DNA of 64,000 nt from Schizochytrium sp. TIO01 (lineage: Eukaryota; Protista; Bigyra: Labyrinthulomycetes), in the NCBI GenBank assembly GCA_004764695.1, contig SMSO01000032.1, positions 5,302,483 to 5,366,482 on the forward strand, written 5' to 3'. Position numbers and translations under genes: made by a program. Below are positions 9,695 through 18,970 of this stretch, in pieces. The notes under the pieces are model-generated. The model saw only the letters and a list, made by a program, of their open reading frames with translations, made no database searches and had not been told where the DNA came from. How positions within the stretch are numbered: the stretch's first letter is position 1; each line of letters opens with the position of its first letter.

Positions 9695-10864
9695 TTACTG
9701 ACGGCGAGCCTCCACGTGTGGGCTCTCGGCACTGCCGTAGGTGAGAGGGCGAGGTGCCTCGCCAGTCTTAAAGCTCTCCAAAAGCTTTGCAGCACCTCCA
9801 GTGAGTAGGTCCTTCGCGAGTGCCTCTCCAAGTTGTTCCGGTTTCGACTGCTCTCCCACCATACTACGTTCAACAGACTCAGATCCATCCTCCTTAAGGA
9901 TAACACACTTGAGCTCAAGCTTGCCCTCAGGAAGGATTTCGGTGGCAACTCCAAGAGGAACCTGGCAGCCTCCCTGAAGAGTACGCAGGAGAGCACGTTC
10001 AGCAAGGCATCTTGCGGCAGTCTCCGGGTGCTCAATAGACTTGAGCAGTTCAATGGTACGCTTGTCGTCGGCACGGCATTGGAGCCCAAGAGCACCTTGG
10101 CTGACACCGTACATGAACTTTGGCGGGGTAAGAATCTGCTCAATGCGAGCCTCAAATGAGGGTCCAAGACGCTTAAGACCTGCGACAGCAAGCACGATGG
10201 CATCGAAGTCGCCGGCGTCGAGCTTGGCGAGACGAGTGTTCACGTTACCACGGCAAATGCGGACCTCGAGGTGGGGGTAGTCGCGGCGGATGATTGCCTC
10301 GCGACGCACAGAACTTGTTCCAACGATGGCGCCCTCAGGGAGGCACTCAAAGCCACCCTTGCCCCGGTACTTTTCGTGCACGACGAGAGCATCGTGGGGA
10401 TCTTCACGCTCCGTAATTCCGGCAAGAACGAGGCCCTCAGGGAGGGTTGTAGGCATATCTTTGAGAGAGTGGACTACGGCATCGTACTGACCGTCAAGAA
10501 GGCCAGCCTCGAGCTCCTTGGTGAAGAGTCCAGGAGTCTTTGCAGCAAGAGTCTTCAGGGATTCGCCGAGAACCTTGTCACCAAAAGACTGCACACCCTT
10601 CTGGACCTCAACACGAAGGCCAGCGTGCTTTGTCGTCAACAGGTTTTCGACGTGCCAAGTTTGGATCATTGCAAGATCGCTCTTACGAGAGCCAATGCGA
10701 AGCGCCTTGGAAGGAGACGCTGAGTTTGCTGAAGAAGAACCCGAGGCAGATGCTACCTCAGAAGAGGAGGTAGCCTTGATCTTGCCATTCTTTCGTACAC
10801 GGATCGCAACAATCACGGCAAGAACTGTGACGGTCCACAGCGTGGAAACACAGAAATGAGGCAT
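9695..10864 (-). CDS. hemC: Porphobilinogen deaminase (hydroxymethylbilane synthase), tandem copy B
   Basis: Motifs IGSRKSDLAMIQ, FTKELE, VHSLKDMPT, GTSSVRR, RGNVNTRLAKLD, LQGGCQVP. First ATG at 10864 (the ORF track uses GTG 10870). Hydrophobic N-terminal anchor. Confidence 0.96.
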   Translation of the reverse strand: MPHFCVSTLWTVTVLAVIVAIRVRKNGKIKATSSSEVASASGSSSANSASPSKALRIGSRKSDLAMIQTWHVENLLTTKHAGLRVEVQKGVQSFGDKVLGESLKTLAAKTPGLFTKELEAGLLDGQYDAVVHSLKDMPTTLPEGLVLAGITEREDPHDALVVHEKYRGKGGFECLPEGAIVGTSSVRREAIIRRDYPHLEVRICRGNVNTRLAKLDAGDFDAIVLAVAGLKRLGPSFEARIEQILTPPKFMYGVSQGALGLQCRADDKRTIELLKSIEHPETAARCLAERALLRTLQGGCQVPLGVATEILPEGKLELKCVILKEDGSESVERSMVGEQSKPEQLGEALAKDLLTGGAAKLLESFKTGEAPRPLTYGSAESPHVEARRQ

Positions 10865-11570
10865 CTTCACAGCACCTCTTTATCTCTCACCTCTTCTTCG
10901 TGATAAACTTTTAGAAGGCGCAAAGCTTTGCAATTGCACGATTCCCAACAACTAGTCTTCCTCCTGCAGGCTAACCAGAGCTACTGCGAACACAAAGAGC
11001 CAAAGAAAAACCACGCAGGATCCCCTATCCGCGTAGAAGTCGGCCCAGCCTACGCCAGAATCGATTCTACCGCACTCCAAAGCGCCTCGCAGCCCCAAAT
11101 GAGCGAGAGCAAGAGCCTACTCTTGCTCACTCACTCCCGTGCAGGAACGTATAGAACCTATGGAACTTCAGGAACGTTTTGCTTGGGTGCCATTCATTCA
11201 TTCAACTTAACATGAATTTTGACAACAAATGAGTGAATACGGGAATGAATGATTGCTTGATCGAAGTGGTCATAAATTCTGAGAATCGTTGTCGCTGCCA
11301 TTTCACAGAGCCTGATTGCTGCGAGTCTCGGCGTGCTGCGGGTCTCGAGCCTCACAAAGTGTCCGGCACGATCCTCAGAAAGGCTTGCGCAATTAGACTT
11401 CTTCGTTCACTGGCAGCAGTGGAGGAGATTCATAAAGACCTGTAGCAGGAGTGCGCCTGGCGAGAGAACTTCTTGACGTTGTGGAGACCGCGGTATAAAA
11501 TCGAGAGTTGAACTGGACACTTGTAGAGCTTTCAATTTCGTTTCCATAAAACTTTACCTTGATTGGAGCA

Positions 11571-13121
11571 ATGTCCCGCATTTATGTGGGAGGACTTCGC
11601 CACCCAGTGGATCAGGATGGCATTGTTGCTCTACTGTCCCGGGCACATGGAGTAGATAACGTCAATGATGTTGAAATCAGGGAAGGAGGAAACCCTCTAG
11701 AGCAGGATTGCTATGCCTTTGCAAATGTGGAGCCTGCCAATGCAGCGGACTCAGTCGTGAGAACCTTCAACAAATGCAAATGGCGCAAGCTGGTGCTTAA
11801 GGTGGAAAAGGTCAACCAGGGGGCCTTCGAGCTTAGCAGATTAAAGACACCGCAAGGTTTCGTGCAACTGCCAAGCACCCGTAAACGCGGCCGTCCTGAA
11901 GCCGAAATCATCCCTCTCTCTAGCAAACCAATCCGTGTACGGCGCCGTGAAGGTCAACGCAACATCGTGCAAGTTGCATCAGACCGCCGCAACCAAATGA
12001 AGGTCGACTTTGACAGTTCAGACAGTAGTGACAGCGATGACAGCGACGCCAGCAGTGAATGGGGCGTTGATTTCGCGGATATGTCGTCTCCTAAACCTGT
12101 TGAAGAGGAAGTCCCTGAAGAGCCAATTGATGAAGCTAAAGCTGAGCGTGTTCGGAGACGTTTGCAGGCCTTTGAGACTGGTATCACTCCCAGCCAGGAA
12201 GACGAGGAGGCAGAGGCAATTGATTCAGAAAACACGCAACTTCTTGGCATGCTTTCTTCCCTTTTGCAACAGGGAGCAGCATCAGCAACCAAAGAAGAAC
12301 AAGAGTTTGCTGAGGCGTATGGCATTCGCCGTGAAAAGAATTCAAATGGAGGTCCTGTGTCGCAAGGTGCTGGCGTTGTCAATTTCCTCAATGAAGAGGA
12401 AGAGAAAGCACTTAATGTCGCGACGTCGAAGGCAGAATCAAGTGTCGTCAGCTTCCTTGGCGAAGATGAGGAAGAAAATCTCGCCACGGCCTCGAAGACC
12501 CCTGGTGTCGTTAGCTTTGAGAGTGACGAAGAGGATAGCAGTGAGGCACTTAGCGCGCCGGCTCCGCCTAACGGTTCGCCTGCACCTGTTGTAAATGAGA
12601 ATCGGAAGTCAGCTGTCAATGTTCAACAGGAAGATGAGGATGTTACCATGGAAGACAGGAATGGCCATGAGGCAGATTCCGAAAGTGCCCAAGAAATTGC
12701 GAATGCTAATTCTGAAAACAGCGATGGAGCCCCTAAAACTAAGCTTCGAGGAATTTTTGAAGACTTTCTAGCTAATAAGGATCAGGCTTCCTCCTTCTCC
12801 CTATTTGGGGGGGCATTTGAAAGTGATGCTGTCGCAGAAGTTGTAGATCAACAAAACCAAGATGAAGTTGAGAAGGCAAACGAGGATATCCACACCAAAC
12901 AAGTGGATATTGCACCAGATACAAAAACATTCCGCATCGCAGATATTATCTCTTCTGTGGACCGCAGCGCCGCGAAGTTGTGGCCAGTTTCTCCTGCCAA
13001 ACGCTTCCAACGTCGTGGTAATTATGAAAAAGAGTTTTATAATACACGAGAAACTCTGTCCAATCTATTCCGCAACCGGGCAAAACAAGCGAGACGCCAG
13101 GCTCAAGCTGATCTGCACTAA
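11571..13121 (+). CDS. RRM-containing nucleolar protein, NOL8/Nop8-like
   Basis: N-terminal RRM (RIYVGGL...YAFANV...FNKCKWRKLVLKVEK), a long acidic disordered middle, and a basic C-terminal helix (RETLSNLFRNRAKQARRQ) as in NOL8-type proteins. First ATG at 11571. Confidence 0.65.
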   Translation: MSRIYVGGLRHPVDQDGIVALLSRAHGVDNVNDVEIREGGNPLEQDCYAFANVEPANAADSVVRTFNKCKWRKLVLKVEKVNQGAFELSRLKTPQGFVQLPSTRKRGRPEAEIIPLSSKPIRVRRREGQRNIVQVASDRRNQMKVDFDSSDSSDSDDSDASSEWGVDFADMSSPKPVEEEVPEEPIDEAKAERVRRRLQAFETGITPSQEDEEAEAIDSENTQLLGMLSSLLQQGAASATKEEQEFAEAYGIRREKNSNGGPVSQGAGVVNFLNEEEEKALNVATSKAESSVVSFLGEDEEENLATASKTPGVVSFESDEEDSSEALSAPAPPNGSPAPVVNENRKSAVNVQQEDEDVTMEDRNGHEADSESAQEIANANSENSDGAPKTKLRGIFEDFLANKDQASSFSLFGGAFESDAVAEVVDQQNQDEVEKANEDIHTKQVDIAPDTKTFRIADIISSVDRSAAKLWPVSPAKRFQRRGNYEKEFYNTRETLSNLFRNRAKQARRQAQADLH

Positions 13122-13606
13122 GCAAAACCCTTGTAAAAGCAGTGGGCGGCCTCGTATTTCCTTGATATTAATTTTCTTCTATAGATTCGCCCATTTAGTC
13201 CCTTTTCTTTTGTTTAGCAGGTTTGTTTTATTAATCGAAAATTGGAAAAACAAATATAAAATTAAGATATACAGACTTTGTCTACTTTCTTCTAAGAATG
13301 AAAAGGCATTTCAACAAACGTGAGATTCCACGGTATTGGTAATTATTTCTTCAGAAATTCAGTGGCTAATTTAAATTTGTTATAATCATTGTAAAGCAGA
13401 AATGCCGTTGAGGAATGCATACATATTATCATGAACAAATTTACAATCACCATTCTGACAAGACTTTGAAAAAATTAGTGCAGCATAATTTCGATCTGGT
13501 GTTTCTGGTCATTTTCTTTCTTTTCGATACTTGAATATATCCATGAAGGCCTTTAACCTGCTGAAAATGTAGAAGATTAGGCTGTGAATTTAAAGAAAGA
13601 ATTATT

Positions 13607-15193
13607 CTACTTTCCAGGAACTATCTCTATAGAGTGTTCGCCAGCGCAAGCGCGAACAGATAATATTTGGTCAAAGCTACCAATAGATATTGCATCTACC
13701 AAAGTAGCACAGAGCATATCGGATCTTGATACGTTGTCTTGTGCACTACTCTCAAAACAACTCTGTGCAATTTGCTGTAAAGGATTCATAATATTACAGA
13801 GACCTGGAAACCGCAAGTCTATTTCAGAGTTACGAATAATTTCATGAGAAGGTGCACGATATGTCGCAGCAAGCTGTATATCGACGCCAGAAAAGGTAAG
13901 ACTTTCTTGAGTTAGCCATGCAGCTAAGGTCTCTACGCCAGGCCAAAATTTGACGGTTCCACTTAATTGATCGATCCAAAAATCTTTGTCTACTTCACGA
14001 GAGAAGAAACTAGTCACTCGAAGAACCTCTTTCGACTTATCCTGGAAACCCACCTTAGTAGCGATATAACCTGGTACTTGCTGCAATTCTGGATTAAGTA
14101 CAATATCAACAGCCTCTCGTATAAGATCTCGCAGTTCGGTTGCATCAAGAGGCTCAATAGCTAAATCTTCGGCATCTTCAACGTCTTCTTCTTCATCTTC
14201 ATCTTCATCGTCGTCGTCATCATCACCACCAGCATCATCTTCTTGTCTCTCATCTCCATAGTCTTTCCCTTCGATATTTTCTTGGGCCCTTTTTGCAGCT
14301 TCTCTTTTTCGTCTGGCATCTTTTTCATTTCTTGCTTGTTTTCGTACCTCTTCGCGAGCTCGCGCTCGAGCCTCTCTACGTTTACGAACTAAAATATCAC
14401 GAAGAGGAGTTATCGTCGATAAGCTAGAAATGTGTAGGTCCACACTTATACACGCGTTCGGCTTAGGTGCGACCGCTCGAGCGCCAACTTCTTTCAAAAA
14501 GTTGGCTGCTCCTCCCAAGTTAGTCCGCAATGATATTACTTTTGCTTCACTAGGGTTAATACGCTGCCATTTACCGTACTTTACACGGAGACGAAATTCC
14601 CTTGAACGCTCTTCCCTTAATACAGATTTCCAAAACCATGCACGGTGCTTGCGAAGGTAGCCAAGTGCTTGGATCTTTAAACGAAGAGGCCAAAACTTCC
14701 ACAATGGCCAGTTTACATTTTCTAGCCCGCACTTTTTCTTCTCAAGATCAACTGGAAAGTTAGCGGATAGCCAACCGAGGAGCCAAGACTTGGTGATCAC
14801 TTTGAACCCGTCACGCATGCAGTCTTCAACAATGCGCTGGATAGCTCGGTGCTCCCTGCTAACAAAAGCATGTCTTGTTTTATACAAAAGCACCTGAATC
14901 CAACTTCGTTTTAATGGCCACTCGTCCTCAAGCTCCTTGATCTCTTCTTTGTTGCCTCCAAGAAGGTCCACGCCCTGAAGGAGTTGTTCCTTTCGATTCT
15001 CTATCGCAGCTGCTTCAGCTTCTGCGTTCTCGTCTCGAGGTGCCTCTGTGTGCAAGAATGCCTGCAAGTAGTCCGTGTGATCAATCCCAACATCTGACAG
15101 CGCGAGGCTAGCATCCCGCAAGGCCTCAATAACCTCCTCTCGTTGTTGCAGTAGCGTCTTTATCTTAGCTTCCGCTCCTGCCTTTGATGACAT
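13607..15193 (-). CDS. Hypothetical protein (coiled coil, acidic linker, alpha/beta C-terminal part); 3' end may be spliced
   Basis: 528-codon ATG-initiated ORF with protein-like composition. No family recognised. Splice-like signals lie downstream of the stop. Confidence 0.75.
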   Translation of the reverse strand: MSSKAGAEAKIKTLLQQREEVIEALRDASLALSDVGIDHTDYLQAFLHTEAPRDENAEAEAAAIENRKEQLLQGVDLLGGNKEEIKELEDEWPLKRSWIQVLLYKTRHAFVSREHRAIQRIVEDCMRDGFKVITKSWLLGWLSANFPVDLEKKKCGLENVNWPLWKFWPLRLKIQALGYLRKHRAWFWKSVLREERSREFRLRVKYGKWQRINPSEAKVISLRTNLGGAANFLKEVGARAVAPKPNACISVDLHISSLSTITPLRDILVRKRREARARAREEVRKQARNEKDARRKREAAKRAQENIEGKDYGDERQEDDAGGDDDDDDEDEDEEEDVEDAEDLAIEPLDATELRDLIREAVDIVLNPELQQVPGYIATKVGFQDKSKEVLRVTSFFSREVDKDFWIDQLSGTVKFWPGVETLAAWLTQESLTFSGVDIQLAATYRAPSHEIIRNSEIDLRFPGLCNIMNPLQQIAQSCFESSAQDNVSRSDMLCATLVDAISIGSFDQILSVRACAGEHSIEIVPGK

Positions 15194-16195
15194 GCTTATT
15201 TCCTAAGCCACCTCACGGCGCTTCTCTCTCCATGGCACGTCCTCCAACGTAATACAATTTTCCCGACTTAAGGCAACCGTCAAAAGCTTCTTGTTCCCGT
15301 AGACTACCTCTTCCAACCTTCCCTAGATCTTTCAACAACCGGGTCGTCAATGCATATATAGATATACTACTCTAAAACTGGTCTAAACCACTGACTCTTC
15401 ACAATACGCAGCTCAGTCCCAGTCCCCGTCTCTTCATCTGGAGCACCATGGGAGCCCAGCAATTTGGTAATGCAAGTGTAACGGGTCTCGCTCGCTCGCG
15501 CGCCAGCCTGCCATAGCTCCTTCTCTCTTCGTGGCCCTTTTCTATCTTTACCCTTTCTTCAACTTATAGGCCTAAGTACCTCTTATTACTAGGCCTACTT
15601 ATTAACATGAAGATGCTCGGAACACCTGCTTCTTCGCCTATAATTGACCGTGCTCACTTGCAGGCAATTCACGATCGCGATCGACGGTTGGCTCCACCAA
15701 GGCGGCGGTGGCCCTCCCGATCTCCTGGATCTTTCCTTAGAGGCTCTCGCGAAGCCTTGCGGCGCTGCAGGTCGCCCGCCATCTTACTAGCGGCTGTTAA
15801 TTCGTTGATTTGGCCGTCGAACTTTTGCTGAAAAGGTCTTTGTCTGCTAAGCCTTGCAAGGCACCGGAAAACATCCTCGTGCCGGCAACTTCTGGGGGGA
15901 TAGCAGTCAGCTGATTGTTTGTTTGGGAAGCTTAAACCTCCTCACCTAGACATATTCTCTTGGGAGAAATTTACAATCTACGGATTGAGCCAGCTGGCGA
16001 GGCGACTCATAATTTGCACACAATTCGCGAGCCAGGTGTTTGTCTGAATCAGCAAGCTAGCTTGTAGACGGTGGTCCAAGTATTGCTCTTTTGGAAAAGA
16101 ACTTGACTCTGCTCAAAGCTGTTTTGATTAAGCTCACTTAGATTTGAGAGCGAGCTGTTGTTGTGTAGATTAAAAAGAGGAAGGGGGCGGAGATC

Positions 16196-17932
16196 ATGGT
16201 GGATGTGTGGCTTGTCGTCCTTGCCGTTGTGGTGCCGTTTGTAGCGCTGATATTCAACTATTACCTCATAGTTTACTACCAGCACCCAGATGACAGAAAC
16301 ACGTCATGGTTTCCGAAAATAGTTGTTTTATTAGGATTAACAATTGGCATGGTAACCGTTCTTATCGTACCTTTTGATGTTGCAAATCAGGGCACGGAAT
16401 ATGGCTGTGGCGTTCTTACAGATCTCGACTGTGGTGGACTTGACCTGTTTTGGGTTTGGCAAGTTGCATTCTTGGTTATTGGTGTCTGGGTGCTACTTTT
16501 TATCCCTTATACCATCTTTTTCTACGAATCATTCGACTATGAGACTCGCACCTCTTGCCAAGCCTGCATTGCGTCCTCGTGGATGAACGTCGGTATTACG
16601 CTCTTTTTCGCAGCTGCATTCGTAATCACCTACTTTTTCTTGCGCTATACGGAGCCTCCCGTTGAGAACTACTTAGCTACCGAGGGTTCTTTCATCACAT
16701 GTTCCGGTGGAGTTTGTGACGGCATCGTTCTGGACTCTAGCATTCCAGGTCTCAACGCAACTTCATCCTCAATTAAGTTTGGCACTCCTGTGTTGGTGTT
16801 TTTGCCAGGTTTTCTGAGTTTCATTGGCTGGTTCCTGTTCGCTCTTTACGTCGGCATTGGTCTTGCAGCACTCCCTGTTGACATGGTTCATGGATACGTC
16901 TACCGGCCCAAATATATGAGTGATAAGGATTATGCTGACACCAAGGTAGGCATTCAGAAGCAAACGCAGGACCTAATTGATGCTGGCATTAAGCTCCTAG
17001 ACCAAGCGCAGAAGGACGAAGACTACGAGCACAGCGTCACTGCATCGGTCTCAAGTGTGTTCAATTTTCGCAAGTTTCGCCGTCGCAGAGAAGAAAAGTC
17101 TCTTTATAATGAGTTTAAGCAATCCGTGGTTGAGCTGGAAGAGGAATATGAAGCCCTGAAGTTGTGTCACGAGAACTGGAAGAATTTCAACCCATTTATC
17201 CCGTGGTGCAAGCTGATTTTTGGAATTATTGGCGGCTTGGTGTCTATTCTTTGGATTCTTCAGATTATTCTCTACAATTTGGCTCGTACGCCATACGGGC
17301 CGGAGGGTGTGCCGGTCGTCTATCTTTTGAATGACATGTTCACAGCAGCAAGCAAAGAGATTCACTTTGCCTTAGTTGGTACGATCTTAATTGGTGTTTT
17401 CTCCTTCTATCTTCTCTTTTGTGTCATGAAGGGTAATGAACGCTTTGGATTGCGCTTTTTTATTATCGAAATCCACCCTCTCAAATGGAATGGAACTTAC
17501 ATGAACTCATTTCTGGTGAACGCCTCATTGTGTCTTTTATGCATTGCACCACTTGTTCAATTCCTGGCGTCTACATTGTCAAGCTATGTAGTGATGACTG
17601 AATTGGATGCAATTTTCGGCGTGCAGATTACCTACATGATTTTCTTCAAGTGGTTTTTCGAGAACAATGTTTTCATTATTGCCACGCTCGCTATTACCCT
17701 CATTACGTCAATTTGGCTCATTTTCTTCCCTGCAAGTAAGAGTGTGCGCCAAGCAAAGTTTTTGGCTAAGAAGATTGAGCAATTTAAAATTCAGAACGCA
17801 GAACGTGAAGCTGAAGAGCGTCTTCTGAAGAAGCCTCCTAAGCCATCCACCGTATCCGAGTCTGAAACAGAAGGCAGGAGAGTCTTTGCTGATGATACTG
17901 CTGCCGAGACTGATGAGCTTCAGCACACTTAA
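16196..17932 (+). CDS. LMBR1-like (LIMR family) multi-pass membrane protein
   Basis: YYQHPDDRNTSWFPKIVVLLGL...PFDVAN, IPYTIFFYE, GIGLAALPVDM...YRPK, T.MNSFLVN. About nine hydrophobic segments with a central coiled loop. Confidence 0.9.
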   Translation: MVDVWLVVLAVVVPFVALIFNYYLIVYYQHPDDRNTSWFPKIVVLLGLTIGMVTVLIVPFDVANQGTEYGCGVLTDLDCGGLDLFWVWQVAFLVIGVWVLLFIPYTIFFYESFDYETRTSCQACIASSWMNVGITLFFAAAFVITYFFLRYTEPPVENYLATEGSFITCSGGVCDGIVLDSSIPGLNATSSSIKFGTPVLVFLPGFLSFIGWFLFALYVGIGLAALPVDMVHGYVYRPKYMSDKDYADTKVGIQKQTQDLIDAGIKLLDQAQKDEDYEHSVTASVSSVFNFRKFRRRREEKSLYNEFKQSVVELEEEYEALKLCHENWKNFNPFIPWCKLIFGIIGGLVSILWILQIILYNLARTPYGPEGVPVVYLLNDMFTAASKEIHFALVGTILIGVFSFYLLFCVMKGNERFGLRFFIIEIHPLKWNGTYMNSFLVNASLCLLCIAPLVQFLASTLSSYVVMTELDAIFGVQITYMIFFKWFFENNVFIIATLAITLITSIWLIFFPASKSVRQAKFLAKKIEQFKIQNAEREAEERLLKKPPKPSTVSESETEGRRVFADDTAAETDELQHT

Positions 17933-18259
17933 TTGCAAAATTCCAACCCATTGACGCATTGTCGTATGCCCAGGACAGAATAAGATGGTACCAACGAAAA
18001 GTTATCCGCCACCTGCCTTTTGTCACTCGTAACACTAAATTTATCATACTTAAAACATGTGGCTAACTCAATTTAACAAAAGTATTTTTCTAGGTACTTG
18101 AATCGGGGTTTCTTGGTAGAAATATCTTATTCGTGCAGCTTTATTGGCATTTAATGAATGTAAAGTTACACTAGCTTGCATCGCTGTTTTGTAGGGTGGC
18201 GAAGGAAATGAAACCTCATTAGCTTGCGCATCGTCATAGATTTGATAATATTTTCTCTT

Positions 18260-18970
18260 TTAAGCAAAAATCATATGTTGCAGACTTAGAGCAGCAAGGG
18301 TGAACATAGCTGCCTGAGTCAAACGGTGCGAAGCTACGACGATCCAATGGTCTGCTCGCTGCTCTAGTTCTGTTTCAGGAAGGAAAAATCCATACGGGCG
18401 GGCATCCACAGATCCGCTATGGTGAAAATGCATATGTGATTGGGCGCACTTGGAGACATATGAAGGGAGCACTCGTTCAAGTGCTTCAGCAAGCTCGCCC
18501 CCTCCCCGACGATGAGCAATCAGGTCATGGCAGACGAAATAAGAAATGCCATATAGTGTGAATCCTATGGCCATTCCGAAGGATATATCCTTCACGAGGG
18601 TTGGTGGGGGCTGAAATGAGGCAGCCATGGTGGGCACAGAGATAAGTGCAAAGAATACCACAAACCAGTCATTAGCTTCGAACCATCCTTTGCGCATGAC
18701 CTTTTGTGTTCCCTTTTCTCCTGGCTCTGACATCAGCGGAGCACTGAGGTTATGGTGGCTGGAGTGGATCCACCAGAGCCATTTTGCGTGCCATAAATCG
18801 CGATGCAAAGTCCGTGCTCCGATTTCCATGTCAATTGTCACAACCAAGGCCACAAGCACGCGCAAGAAACTCCACTCACCATAAAATAGTGCAATAACCA
18901 AACCAGTAATTGTACTGATAAGTCCTCCCAGCGGGAAAAGAACCCTAGCCCGAGCGAGGGAGGATACCAT
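18260..18970 (-). CDS. crtZ: Beta-carotene 3-hydroxylase (CrtZ; non-heme di-iron, fatty acid hydroxylase superfamily)
   Basis: ME..A...HRDLWH, WWIHSSHH, FEANDWF, YGISYFVCHDLIAHRR, HMHFHH, PYGFFL: the four His boxes and linker motifs of CrtZ/BCH. Confidence 0.9.
   Translation of the reverse strand: MVSSLARARVLFPLGGLISTITGLVIALFYGEWSFLRVLVALVVTIDMEIGARTLHRDLWHAKWLWWIHSSHHNLSAPLMSEPGEKGTQKVMRKGWFEANDWFVVFFALISVPTMAASFQPPPTLVKDISFGMAIGFTLYGISYFVCHDLIAHRRGGGELAEALERVLPSYVSKCAQSHMHFHHSGSVDARPYGFFLPETELEQRADHWIVVASHRLTQAAMFTLAALSLQHMIFA

Noticed and set aside
7611-18970. Idea of a tetrapyrrole/B12/carotenoid gene cluster (hemC x2, LMBR1-like, crtZ)
   Set aside because: CrtZ is a non-heme enzyme, the LIMR-type protein is not demonstrably the cobalamin-export factor, and unrelated genes are interspersed.
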